From assembly GCA_947167935.1 (NCBI GenBank), contig CAMVJU010000006.1:1750-65749 (forward strand): DNA of 64,000 bases. Direction: 5' to 3'. Of this stretch, positions 1 to 9,418 are shown piece by piece. The stretch comes from an uncultured Prevotellaceae bacterium (GTDB lineage: Bacteria; Bacteroidota; Bacteroidia; Bacteroidales; Bacteroidaceae). Each line of letters begins with the position of its first letter. Positions within the stretch are counted from its first letter, which is position 1. The notes below the pieces were generated by a model. That model ran no database searches. It had not been told where the DNA came from and saw only the letters and a list, made by a program, of their open reading frames with translations. A program made the translations under genes and the position numbers.

Positions 1-1850
1 TCCACGTTGGGCAGCACTAAGTGGTCGCCTGCCATCTGCATACGGTAGGACTGTTGCCTTGTATCTATCTCGCTGATGTACTTCTCACAGAAACCCTCAT
101 AGTATTTTGTGAAAGCCCGGTCGCCGTCGATGCCGAAGATGTCTTGCATTGACTTCAACATGCCCTTGTTCACGGCGTAGCGGTTCATCATCTTGGCAAA
201 GTCGAGCGTGTCGCGCGGGTTGGGCTTTTTCTCCCAGAGGTATTGTAGCATGTCAGCCATCATATAGCCGCGCTCGTGCTCTGCTCGGTCGATGCCTTGG
301 TAGGTGGGGCTCTTCTTGCCTAAGGGCGTGCTCAGCTGCTCCTTGTTCTTGCGATCCGAGTAGCCCATGACCTTGGCGGCCTCTTCACTGAAGGCATTGG
401 TGATAGGCATTCCTGGAACCGTCTTAATGAGCCAATCGGTGAAATGCTGTTCTATCAGTGCGCCCGTGGCCTCCAAATAGCAGTTGTCCTTGATGAAAGA
501 GTTGACCACATACTCCATTTGGTAAAGGTGCATCGTCTCGTGGGCAATGGTGCTGAGATTCTTATAATAGGTATCTTTCTTATACTGTCCGTCCTGCACC
601 ACATTGCTGTAATTCACGATGATGCAGGGGTCGAATATCGGCACCTGAAGACGGCAGGCTTCTTCTTTCCACACCTCCAACGGCGGAGTAAGCCAAGTGA
701 CATACTCATAGCTCAGCGGCTTCATGTGGTGAACGGAGCGGCAGTAGCGGTTGGCCAGCTTTGTGGCCTCTATGATGTCATCCACACTCTTGGGGGTCTG
801 CAGTAACGGATCGTCTTTCAGTTCCTGTACACGGGAACTGTGTGCCAGCAGGTTGTAGAATTCCATCTCGCGGCCGATGCGTCGCTTCTCTTCCTCCTCC
901 TTGCTGTCAAACCAGCCGTAGAAGCGCTGCGGATACTGATCGTCGTAGCGTTTGTTGGCCTCCTTGTGCATCGCCTCCATCAGGTTCTTCAGCTCTTTCT
1001 TCTTCTTCACATATTCCCGGGCCTTGTCGCCGTTCTCGGTCATGCTGTAGCGGTAGGCGACGTAGAAGTTGCCGTAGTCATCCTTTATGTACTCGTAAAC
1101 CGCATCGTCCCATTTCCACCAGTTGGAGGGCCAGATGCCGATGTCGATTAAGTGGCGTGCTGTCTGGATGATGGCAGGATAGTGGGCATAGGTATACATG
1201 ACGAATCCTACAACTGCTGAAATTTTGATGACGCTGATAGCCAAGGCAGCCAGCGTGATGCTGTTCTGGCTGGCCATATACGTGGCAGTATGTCCGTTGA
1301 TACGCACGTTCAGCGGCCATAGACTGCCATCGCTCGCCACGCGGTACATCATAAAGTAGGGATACAGTTCCTCGGGAATGCCGTGCTTCTCCAAGTCGAT
1401 GCTCACGGTGTACTTGCCGGGGATGACGGAGTCGGGCGGCAGGCCGGCGTCGAGGTCGTAGGCAAAAATCATCGTCGTGCCACTGCCCTCCAGCTGGCGG
1501 TCTAATGCATCCATCGTCTCGGCGGGCACGTCGGTAACGCGAATGTTCACGTCCTGCTCGAAGGCCCCGGCATCGGCGCTGATAATCATGTCCTCACGTG
1601 GCTGGATTCTAAAAGGACGGCTGTGGCCCGTCTGCTCGAAAGGCACGTCAGGGTCGAAGGAGTTGAGCAGCTCGTCGTCTATTTGCAAAGCGCTCGTGAC
1701 TTCTGTTTCATCCTCCTCTTCGTCGTCATCGTCATCGCTACTTCTATGTTTGCTGTTGCAGGCGAACAGGGCCATAACGGTCAGTACGGCCAGCGCCATC
1801 GCGCCGGTGCGGCGCAAAACTATTTGAAAAAAGTTGGAAAGCCTTTGCAT
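1..1850 (-). CDS. Lipoprotein with gluzincin-type zinc metallopeptidase motif (runs off the window edge)
   Basis: Not in the ORF track; read manually. ATG at 1850, MQRLSNFF...ALFAC lipobox, acidic tract SSDDDDDEEEDE, HETMH at 528-542 followed by CYLEATG. Frame is open to position 3. Confidence 0.8.
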   Translation of the reverse strand, partial: MQRLSNFFQIVLRRTGAMALAVLTVMALFACNSKHRSSDDDDDEEEDETEVTSALQIDDELLNSFDPDVPFEQTGHSRPFRIQPREDMIISADAGAFEQDVNIRVTDVPAETMDALDRQLEGSGTTMIFAYDLDAGLPPDSVIPGKYTVSIDLEKHGIPEELYPYFMMYRVASDGSLWPLNVRINGHTATYMASQNSITLAALAISVIKISAVVGFVMYTYAHYPAIIQTARHLIDIGIWPSNWWKWDDAVYEYIKDDYGNFYVAYRYSMTENGDKAREYVKKKKELKNLMEAMHKEANKRYDDQYPQRFYGWFDSKEEEEKRRIGREMEFYNLLAHSSRVQELKDDPLLQTPKSVDDIIEATKLANRYCRSVHHMKPLSYEYVTWLTPPLEVWKEEACRLQVPIFDPCIIVNYSNVVQDGQYKKDTYYKNLSTIAHETMHLYQMEYVVNSFIKDNCYLEATGALIEQHFTDWLIKTVPGMPITNAFSEEAAKVMGYSDRKNKEQLSTPLGKKSPTYQGIDRAEHERGYMMADMLQYLWEKKPNPRDTLDFAKMMNRYAVNKGMLKSMQDIFGIDGDRAFTKYYEGFCEKYISEIDTRQQSYRMQMAGDHLVLPNV

Positions 1851-1992
1851 TAGTGTAAAAGGATAATAGTAGATTGGTATTTCGCGTACAAAAATAGTAT
1901 AATTTCTGGATTCTAACAAATAATTATGGGTAAAAGTGAAAAAAACTACACAGGTTGTTGCCTGCGTAAGGTGAAATGTATGAAACGCATAA

Positions 1993-2099
1993 AAAACGCG
2001 GCGTTCATGAAAATAAACAGGCTGTTTAGAAAAATAAACAGGCCGTTTAGAATCGTGAACAATATGCTTCAGAAACGTGAACAATATGCTTTAGAATCT
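1993..2099. repeat. Array of about five 21-22 bp quasi-palindromic units
   Basis: taaacaggctgtttag (2014), taaacaggccgtttag (2035), tgaacaatatgcttcag (2056), tgaacaatatgctttag (2078), and a degenerate unit at 1993. Confidence 0.8.
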
Positions 2100-2133
2100 T
2101 GTCCGTTTCAAAAAGAATCACTATTGGGATGAC

Positions 2134-3180
2134 TTAGAAGTAATAGCGCAGACCGGCGTGCAGGCCAATATGCTGGATGCCGTAGAACTCGTTGTCTTTC
2201 AGCTCCACCTCTTTTGGTTCTTTGAGGCTCATGGAGAAGAAATGCAACTGTATGCCGATGGCCAAGTTCTTCATAATGCTGTATTCCAAGCCGATACGAT
2301 AAAAGGCTCCTAATCGGCTTACACTCTCGGATAGGTTTCTGTAGTTCTCGTCGTAGTGGCTGTAGCCCAGGCCAATGGCCATGTCTAAACGGGTGTGGTT
2401 ATTGCCGAAAGCCATCACGAAACTTGGACCAAGGTAGTTCAGGTTGGTCTTCACTCCTTCGGGATATGAGGTGTGGTTGTGCAGGTAGTTGATACCGAAG
2501 CCGAAACCCGACTTCCACACATGGTCATAGTCGGCCAGCAGGTCGAAGCCTGTGCGTCCTTTGTATCGATGGTTGTCTAGCCAGTATTCCGACGTCATCC
2601 ACGACGGGCCGCAGTTCACCCGCAGGATATTGCGTGGTGTGTTTTTGCGCTGTTCCTCCATCTTGCGCTCTTCTGCCTCATAGGCCTGACGCCTTACCTC
2701 ATACTGCTGCCGGGCTGCACGATACTCTTTGTAATCGGCATATTCCTCGTCGGTAAGCGTCGCTTGTAGGTGGGCCTCTCTCAGACTGTCGTCAGTATTG
2801 CGCTGTGCCACTGCCTCCTGTGGCAGATGCAACATGGTGCCTTGAAGGCGGCAGGTAGAGCGGAACATGTCGGGCATGCGGTCGGAAGTAATGATCAGGC
2901 CGTTACCGCCATTCTTGGCAGTCGCCTCCACGGCAAGCTCCGTCATATGGCTGAAAGAGGCGTTTGTCAGCATGGGGTTGGCTTTAACGGTCACTTCGCC
3001 GATGGCTATGGTGCGTGGTGGCCGTTTTTCGCCGAGGGCAAAGATTTGTACCGAGTCGGGCACAGTGGCGGGCCACTCATAGGTGTACATGTCAGTGGTT
3101 ACTACGGGTGCGCAGCTTACAACAAGCATTGTCAACAGTACTGCCACACCCGTTTTCTTCATTATTGCAATACTTTTCAT
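2134..3180 (-). CDS. Lipoprotein with C-terminal outer-membrane beta-barrel
   Basis: VVSC lipobox, coiled-coil linker, alternating aromatic strands ending GLRYYF. Start uncertain (3207, 3180 or 3162). Confidence 0.7.
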   Translation of the reverse strand: MKSIAIMKKTGVAVLLTMLVVSCAPVVTTDMYTYEWPATVPDSVQIFALGEKRPPRTIAIGEVTVKANPMLTNASFSHMTELAVEATAKNGGNGLIITSDRMPDMFRSTCRLQGTMLHLPQEAVAQRNTDDSLREAHLQATLTDEEYADYKEYRAARQQYEVRRQAYEAEERKMEEQRKNTPRNILRVNCGPSWMTSEYWLDNHRYKGRTGFDLLADYDHVWKSGFGFGINYLHNHTSYPEGVKTNLNYLGPSFVMAFGNNHTRLDMAIGLGYSHYDENYRNLSESVSRLGAFYRIGLEYSIMKNLAIGIQLHFFSMSLKEPKEVELKDNEFYGIQHIGLHAGLRYYF

Positions 3181-3276
3181 TGTCTTAAATTGGATTTGTT
3201 TGTGCAAAAATATGATGAATTGTCGAACTATGAACTTTTTTTGATTTCTTTTTTGCGTAGATTAACAATAATTTCG

Positions 3277-3284
3277 TAACTTTG
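3277..3284 (+). promoter_or_regulatory. Bacteroidetes -7 promoter box
   Basis: TAACTTTG shortly upstream of ATG 3307. Confidence 0.65.
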
Positions 3285-3306
3285 CGACAACAAATGAACA
3301 AGGAGT

Positions 3307-4815
3307 ATGAAAGGAAAGATTTGTATATTTGCCGTCGCAGTCTTGTCGATGCTTAGTTGTTCTACGACACAGGAGCAGGCTGAGCGTAGGGCAATGACAC
3401 GGAAGGCTGTGAGTGAGTCGGTGGAGCAGCACCAATGGCACATCGACGTTACGACGATGCAGACGCTGCGCTATGGCGCAAGGACGGTGACGCCCGACTT
3501 CTACTTAGAATTGCGGGGCGACACCGTGCACAGCTACCTTCCCTATCTGGGACGAGCGCATCAGGCGCCGATGATGCAGCCTGCCCAGGGGTTGAACTTC
3601 GAGGCGCCGGTGCAGCACTATCAGCAGCGGCAGACGAAGGCTGGCTGTACGCAGATTGACTTCGATGCGAGGACGCAGGAGGACTTGTGTCATTACACCG
3701 TCGACATGTTTGAGACGGGCAAGGCCTCTATTCGTGTGCACTCGCAATACCGCGACCCCATCAGCTTCGACGGCGATATGGATACTGGCGTGCAGAGCAT
3801 TGTGACGGGCGACTACGGCTACCTCTACTGCCACATGAGCGACCGCGGCGAGTATACCGCCTATGCGCTGAGTCGTGACGGCTATCACTACGAAGACCTG
3901 CTGGGCGGCGACGCCGTGATGGATCCCAAGGAGCACGCCCGTATCGAGGGCGGCCAGCGCGATGCCTATGTCTGCCGCTCATGGGACGGCAAGGGCTATG
4001 TGATGGTCACCACCGACATGTGTGTGGCGAAGAGCAAGAAGTGGGACAACTATGGTATCGACCTCCTGCGCAGCGACGACCTCATCCACTGGACGAGCGT
4101 CACTTTCGACTATCGTCAGGCGCCGGGAATTTTTTACCCCACTCCCAGCCCCTCCCCCAAGGGAGAGGGGAGTCCAGAGGAGGAGAGCGCGTACAAGGAC
4201 TGGAGCACCATCAACCGCGTATGGGCGCCGCAGATTTTCTGGGACCCTGCCTACGTGTGGCCCGATGGCGACAAGGGTGGTTATTTCATCTACTACTCTA
4301 TGTGGAATAGCGCTGAGGAGGCCTACGACCGCATGTACTACAGCTATGCCGACAAGTCGTTCACCAAGCTGACACAGCCTAAGCTGCTTTTCGACTGGGG
4401 CTATGCCACCATCGATGCCGACATCAACCTGCTCGACGATGGCCTCTATCACATGCTTATCAAGAAGGAGGGCGGCCATCCTGGCATTTATACCGCTACT
4501 AGCGAGCACCTCAGCTATGGCTGGGGCGAGCCGGTGGAGGATGACTACGTCAGCTTCGAGGGAAAGAAAAAGTGTGAGGGTAGCAGCGCCTTCCAGCTTA
4601 TTGGCGACAAGACTTGGCGGGTGGCTTATATCCAGTACAGCGACCGCCCGAAGCACTACCGCATCTGCAAGGCCGATGAGCATCTTCGCAACTTCCACGA
4701 CCCTGTCGACATCGAAGGTGTTACAGGTCCGCAGCACGGTTCCTTCCTTCGCCTTACCAAGAAAGAATATAAACGCTTGCAGCGTTGGTCAGCACATACT
4801 GTGTCTCGGCGGTGA
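3307..4815 (+). CDS. DUF4251-like lipoprotein fused to GH43-like five-bladed propeller glycosidase
   Basis: LSC lipobox; SYLPYLGRA and ISFDG (DUF4251-like); RDAY, WAPQIFWD, TIDADI, CEGSS, PQHGS (GH43/clan F-like). Confidence 0.7.
   Translation: MKGKICIFAVAVLSMLSCSTTQEQAERRAMTRKAVSESVEQHQWHIDVTTMQTLRYGARTVTPDFYLELRGDTVHSYLPYLGRAHQAPMMQPAQGLNFEAPVQHYQQRQTKAGCTQIDFDARTQEDLCHYTVDMFETGKASIRVHSQYRDPISFDGDMDTGVQSIVTGDYGYLYCHMSDRGEYTAYALSRDGYHYEDLLGGDAVMDPKEHARIEGGQRDAYVCRSWDGKGYVMVTTDMCVAKSKKWDNYGIDLLRSDDLIHWTSVTFDYRQAPGIFYPTPSPSPKGEGSPEEESAYKDWSTINRVWAPQIFWDPAYVWPDGDKGGYFIYYSMWNSAEEAYDRMYYSYADKSFTKLTQPKLLFDWGYATIDADINLLDDGLYHMLIKKEGGHPGIYTATSEHLSYGWGEPVEDDYVSFEGKKKCEGSSAFQLIGDKTWRVAYIQYSDRPKHYRICKADEHLRNFHDPVDIEGVTGPQHGSFLRLTKKEYKRLQRWSAHTVSRR
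4136..4172 (+). repeat. REP-like palindrome in frame in the GH43 gene
   Basis: accccactcccagcccctcccccaagggagaggggag, translated PTPSPSPKGEGS. Confidence 0.8.
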
Positions 4816-4852
4816 GGGCGATAGGCTGTATCTCGTTGTGGCGAGGAAGGGC

Positions 4853-7099
4853 CTATTCGCCAAAGATACCAATGAAGGCTGACTTGTAGCTGTCAATCAT
4901 ATTGCCTAGCACGGTGTCGTAGGCCGAATCTGTGTCATCGTTGCCTGTGTTGTCAGGGAAAGTGTACTGGAAGTCGCCGTGATTCATACGGCCTGCACCA
5001 TAGTAGCCGGTGACGATGACGGGCACATCCTCGGCAGTATCGGGTGTATAGGTGTAGATGAGCTCTGAATTAGTGTCGAAATTGTTATAAGTTGTGCCGC
5101 CGGCGAGGGTTTGCTCCGTTTCAGGCACCTGCTCGTCACGGGTGGCTGTCTCGTAGGCATCGTAGCCCTTAGCCGAAGGATTGTTCTGCGTGTAGTAGCT
5201 GAAATGTTCGGCTGTACGGTCGAAGTAGTTGCCGTAAGCCTTGATCATGCCACCATTTTCGCCGCTGAAGGTGCCGCTGCCCAATGCGTCAGTTCCCTGC
5301 TTGGAGGAGAGGATGGGCTTCTTGGTCTTGAGGAAATAGTTGTTCTCCACGAAGACGCTGGCACCGTAGGTGGCTCCCACACCGTACTTGGCCACGTTGT
5401 CGAAGAAATTGTTGTAGACGTGCACGGTCATGGTACGCACACGGGGATGGCGCGAGTCGCTGTGGTCGAACCAATTGTGGTGGTATGACAGGTAATTGGG
5501 TCCGCTCTCGCTCTTCATGCCGAACATATTGGTCTTTCCGGTATCCCAGTAGTGGCAGTAGCTGAAGGTGGAGTATTTCGTGTCGGACTTGGCATCGCAG
5601 GCGCCGTCGCCCTTGGTATGGTCGCCGCTGCCGTGTTTGCCGTAGAAGAAGTCCATGTTATGTATCCAAATGTGGGAGTTGTCGGTGTCGAGGGAGATGC
5701 CGTCATCCATGCAGCGCATGATGGCGAGGTTACGGAACTCCACGCTCTTGGCATTGCGAACGAGAAAACCGAAACCGCGCAGGGTGGCGTCGTCGCCGAT
5801 GCCCTCGATGGTGATATTTAGCTCGCTGTCGGACTTCTTGCCCTTCAACTGCAATCCCTGCTCGCTGCTGCTGATGGCGTCGAGGTCGTCCTTTTCAACA
5901 AGTCCGATGAAGCGGAAAGCGATAGGCGTGGTGTCCTTGCCCTTCTGGTAGGCATCGATAATCGTCTGTATGCCGACGCAGGGGTTCTGCTTGGCTCCAA
6001 CCACGTCGGTGCTGATGGTCTTCGCGGTGGTCTTCGTCACATAGAACACCTTCGCACCCTGCTTTAGTGTGCCGTCGTCGTTGTAGGCTCCCACGCCGCT
6101 GTAGTTGAAGTGGGCATAGCCCGTACGGTCGTAGTTCTTGACGGTGAGTACTTCAGTGACGGCAGCCTTGTCGGTCAGCTCGTCGTTGTCAACTACGGGC
6201 ACAACCTTCAGGATGTAGCTGCCGGCCTTGAGCCCAACAACGTCAGCGCGGCCGTAGGTGCCATAGTTGCGCACCAGCTCGTTGTCAATCCTGGTGAAGT
6301 CGGCATACTGTCCGCCCTTCACATAGACGTTGTAGGTGGTGGCTCCTTCATAGAGGTTGAACTTCACGTAGGCCGACTCCAGCCAGCCCTTAGCCTCTGT
6401 GATGATGATGCCCTCATTGGTTGCTGCCTTAGCAAAAGCTAGTGTGGCGAGTGTGGCGTTGAACACGTCCTGCTGCTGGCTGGTGGTGGTCAGCGTGATG
6501 CGGCCCGTCTGTCCGTCTATGTCGATGGCCTCCAGCGACTGTGTGTCATAGTAACGGTTGGTACCGTCGGTCAGTGTGAGCAGTGCCTGACTGACACTTG
6601 TGTTGCGAGGTACAGAGTCATCCGTTCCAGCAGCTCGGGTGATGAGGGTAGAGGGTGTATGGTGAATGGTGGAGGGTGGAATGTGGAGGGCGGAGGTGCT
6701 GATCTTCATGGTTTGCTGGTCACTCTTGAGCACATAGACACCGCTTCTGAGAGTCGAGAGGCAAGAGCTGAGGGGCATGAGGCGGGAGGTGGTGGCAATG
6801 AGCTTGCCTTGGGCATCGTAGATAGTGACGGAGGTAGAGGATGAGTAGGGGAGGACGGAGAGCTCCTCGACGGAAACCATTGAGGAATAGTCAAAACTCA
6901 GCACGACGGCGTCCATATCGGCCGTCTCGGTGTTGTCGCCGGCGAAGTGCAGTACCACGTTATCGCCTTCGAAGGTAATGCGGTTGACGATGCCCTGTAT
7001 CGTCTGTCCGTTTACGGTAATTGTTTGGCCGATGTCTGCTCGTGTCCAGGAAACAGCTATCAGCAGCAATAATGCTGCGATAGATAGTTTTTTTCTCAT
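4853..7099 (-). CDS. Pectate lyase (PL1-like), secreted
   Basis: Signal peptide; DDGISLD, WIHNMDF, DGACD, SRHPRVR (RxPxxR). Confidence 0.85.
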   Translation of the reverse strand: MRKKLSIAALLLLIAVSWTRADIGQTITVNGQTIQGIVNRITFEGDNVVLHFAGDNTETADMDAVVLSFDYSSMVSVEELSVLPYSSSTSVTIYDAQGKLIATTSRLMPLSSCLSTLRSGVYVLKSDQQTMKISTSALHIPPSTIHHTPSTLITRAAGTDDSVPRNTSVSQALLTLTDGTNRYYDTQSLEAIDIDGQTGRITLTTTSQQQDVFNATLATLAFAKAATNEGIIITEAKGWLESAYVKFNLYEGATTYNVYVKGGQYADFTRIDNELVRNYGTYGRADVVGLKAGSYILKVVPVVDNDELTDKAAVTEVLTVKNYDRTGYAHFNYSGVGAYNDDGTLKQGAKVFYVTKTTAKTISTDVVGAKQNPCVGIQTIIDAYQKGKDTTPIAFRFIGLVEKDDLDAISSSEQGLQLKGKKSDSELNITIEGIGDDATLRGFGFLVRNAKSVEFRNLAIMRCMDDGISLDTDNSHIWIHNMDFFYGKHGSGDHTKGDGACDAKSDTKYSTFSYCHYWDTGKTNMFGMKSESGPNYLSYHHNWFDHSDSRHPRVRTMTVHVYNNFFDNVAKYGVGATYGASVFVENNYFLKTKKPILSSKQGTDALGSGTFSGENGGMIKAYGNYFDRTAEHFSYYTQNNPSAKGYDAYETATRDEQVPETEQTLAGGTTYNNFDTNSELIYTYTPDTAEDVPVIVTGYYGAGRMNHGDFQYTFPDNTGNDDTDSAYDTVLGNMIDSYKSAFIGIFGE

Positions 7100-7160
7100 T
7101 GTTTAGTAAATTAGTCGTTAAATAGTTTTCTCTCTCCTCTCTCCACTCTCCTCTTTCCTC

Positions 7161-8663
7161 TTAACTTCTTGAGGCGTGGAAACCTTCCAGGTTCGCATAT
7201 TTGCGTCGCATCATACGGTTGTAGATGTTGCGCAGCCAGATAGGGTGGGCGAGGGTGAGCAGCAAGCCAACAATAGCCATCACGGTGTAGGTTGTGTCCT
7301 CATCTGTAAGTACCAGCAGGAGGCTCATCAGGCCGAGTGGCAGGAACATGCCCACCAGCTCGATGAGGAGCTGGAAACCGCTCTCCATATTGTTTTTGCC
7401 CGTGATCTTCTCGTTGAGGGGCAGCGTCTGCTTGTTGTAGACGGCCAGCTGGAACAGGATGAAGAAGCTCAGACCACTGGTCAGCAGCAGGAACGCCAGC
7501 ATCATCATGATGGTGAACTTTCCGGCAATGACGGCAGGCAGCATGATGAGCAGGGGAATAAGCAGGATGACTGCATGGAAGTAATACTTGGCACGCAGTA
7601 GCAGGAGGATGTTCTCGTGCTGTGTCATCAGCAGGTCGATGTAGTTGCCTTCAGGTCCCATGATTTTCACCAACGTGGTCATGCTGTAGATGGCGAAGCA
7701 GTAGTAGCACCAGAAGTTTAGCATCCAGGGATTGTCGTAGATGTCGGTGTAGCTGATAAGCACCGTGAACATGACGATGAGACCCAGGCTCATCATCACA
7801 CGGGTGCGGATGGCCTTGTTGCGCAGGATGCTCTTGATTTCCAGTTTCAGGTATTCTCCTGCCTGTCCGAAACGCTCGAGGAACGACAGCCGCCATACGT
7901 GCTTGATGGCAGCGGCCTTCTTCTCCTCACGCGACAGCTCCTGTTTGACAAAGCGCAGCTGCAGCTGGCGGTTGATCAACAAGATGGCGACGAGCACAAG
8001 CAAAGCCGCAAGCACCACGAGCCACAGCAGAGGTGCCGTGTCGAAGGTGTCGAAGAAATCCTCCATGGGTTCGAAGGGATCGTTGAAAAGCAGCACCATT
8101 GGCAGCCAGATGGCGGCATAGACGCCAATGGGCAGCAGCCACCACAGGAGTGAGCGGCTTATGAGCGTGCGTACCAGAAGATACCACTGGCTGTTGATCA
8201 TTACCAACAGCAGGCCACACAGCACGACGGCCAGCATAGCCCAGAAACTCATGCCCGATACTAAACAGATGTACGCGTAAGGAATCAGCAGGGCCAGCCA
8301 GAGAAAATTGTAGCCGCTGGTGACGAGGTTGATCAGATAGCTCTCCACCACCGTCTTCTTCGGCATGTTCAGTAGCAGGTAGGGCTTGATGAACATCATC
8401 GGCGTCTGCTGGGCGATGAAGCGCATCACGAAGTCGAGGGGCATCAACAGCAATACCATCAGCCCCAGTATCATGGCGGGTACCTCATGCTCGGCGGCCA
8501 TCTTGCCAAAGAGACTGCCGAGGAAGACGAGATAAATGGCCATAATGCCTGCACCGATGTACATCATCACCTTGGCCGCCATGCTCTGTTCCAGCATGGG
8601 ATGGCGCTTCTCGCCTAATTTAGAGTGGCGGTGCAGCTCGCGATAGATTTGCAGTCGGTTCAT
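7161..8663 (-). CDS. DUF5687-like multi-pass membrane protein (ABC permease-like)
   Basis: About 12 hydrophobic segments; GEYLKLEIKSILRNK motif. Confidence 0.7.
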   Translation of the reverse strand: MNRLQIYRELHRHSKLGEKRHPMLEQSMAAKVMMYIGAGIMAIYLVFLGSLFGKMAAEHEVPAMILGLMVLLLMPLDFVMRFIAQQTPMMFIKPYLLLNMPKKTVVESYLINLVTSGYNFLWLALLIPYAYICLVSGMSFWAMLAVVLCGLLLVMINSQWYLLVRTLISRSLLWWLLPIGVYAAIWLPMVLLFNDPFEPMEDFFDTFDTAPLLWLVVLAALLVLVAILLINRQLQLRFVKQELSREEKKAAAIKHVWRLSFLERFGQAGEYLKLEIKSILRNKAIRTRVMMSLGLIVMFTVLISYTDIYDNPWMLNFWCYYCFAIYSMTTLVKIMGPEGNYIDLLMTQHENILLLLRAKYYFHAVILLIPLLIMLPAVIAGKFTIMMMLAFLLLTSGLSFFILFQLAVYNKQTLPLNEKITGKNNMESGFQLLIELVGMFLPLGLMSLLLVLTDEDTTYTVMAIVGLLLTLAHPIWLRNIYNRMMRRKYANLEGFHASRS

Positions 8664-9263
8664 TTAGCGCAGGTCTATGAGTTCAGCATCGGGATAGTCA
8701 CTGCTCTTGAAGCGGAATTTCGTATCGTCCTGGCGCTCAGCCTTCAGACCGCTCACGGTGAAGGTGGTCCACTTCGTGCCTTGCAACAGCTTGATCTCCT
8801 TCGGGGCATAGTTCTCCTTGCTGACGGTGACGAAGGCCTCGCTGATCTTCTTCTGCGGGTCGGTAGCCGTCAGGTGTACGGTATAAGATGTGGCGCTGGT
8901 GGTCATCGTGGTGGTGTAGCCCTGCTTGTAGAGGTTGATGAAGTGGTAGGGGTTGAGGCTTTGCAGCTGCTGAGCCGTCGGTGTCGAGATGTTCACTTCC
9001 TCGTTCTGTGCCACGTAGGTCCACAGGGTGGTGCCGTCGAACCACATCGTCGTGGCGTTGCTGTGCATGTAGAACTTCTGTCCCTTGATGCTGATGGTGC
9101 CGCTGGCGTTGCCATATTGGGCGCTCGTCATCGCGAAGTTGGCTGTGGCGCCGTCAGGGGCGCTTACTAAGGCGGCACACTTGTCGAGCACCTGCTGTGC
9201 CGTCTGTGCCTGGGTGGTGCTCATTGTTAGGATGGCCACAATGGCCAAGAGTAATCTTTTCAT
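8664..9263 (-). CDS. LolA-like outer-membrane lipoprotein chaperone
   Basis: Signal peptide; WFDGTTLWTY...EVNIS; ends ELIDLR. Confidence 0.8.
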   Translation of the reverse strand: MKRLLLAIVAILTMSTTQAQTAQQVLDKCAALVSAPDGATANFAMTSAQYGNASGTISIKGQKFYMHSNATTMWFDGTTLWTYVAQNEEVNISTPTAQQLQSLNPYHFINLYKQGYTTTMTTSATSYTVHLTATDPQKKISEAFVTVSKENYAPKEIKLLQGTKWTTFTVSGLKAERQDDTKFRFKSSDYPDAELIDLR

Positions 9264-9308
9264 TGTTTTTGCTATTTAGGGTTGTCAATCTATAAGATTA
9301 GACGGCTG

Positions 9309-9387
9309 CAAAGGTACAAAGAATAATCTGGAATCAAAAAAACTAACTGGGATTTTTTCAAAAATTAGAAAAATTATAGTACCTTTG
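9309..9387. promoter_or_regulatory. Divergent -7 boxes for the lolA-like gene and argS
   Basis: caaaggta 9309-9316 (TACCTTTG on minus) and tacctttg 9380-9387. Confidence 0.7.
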
Positions 9388-9418
9388 CACCCCGAAATGA
9401 ATTGTAATTACAAATCGC

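Noticed and set aside
149-1853. Short plus-strand ORFs in the track
   Set aside because: Antisense to the continuous minus-strand metallopeptidase frame.
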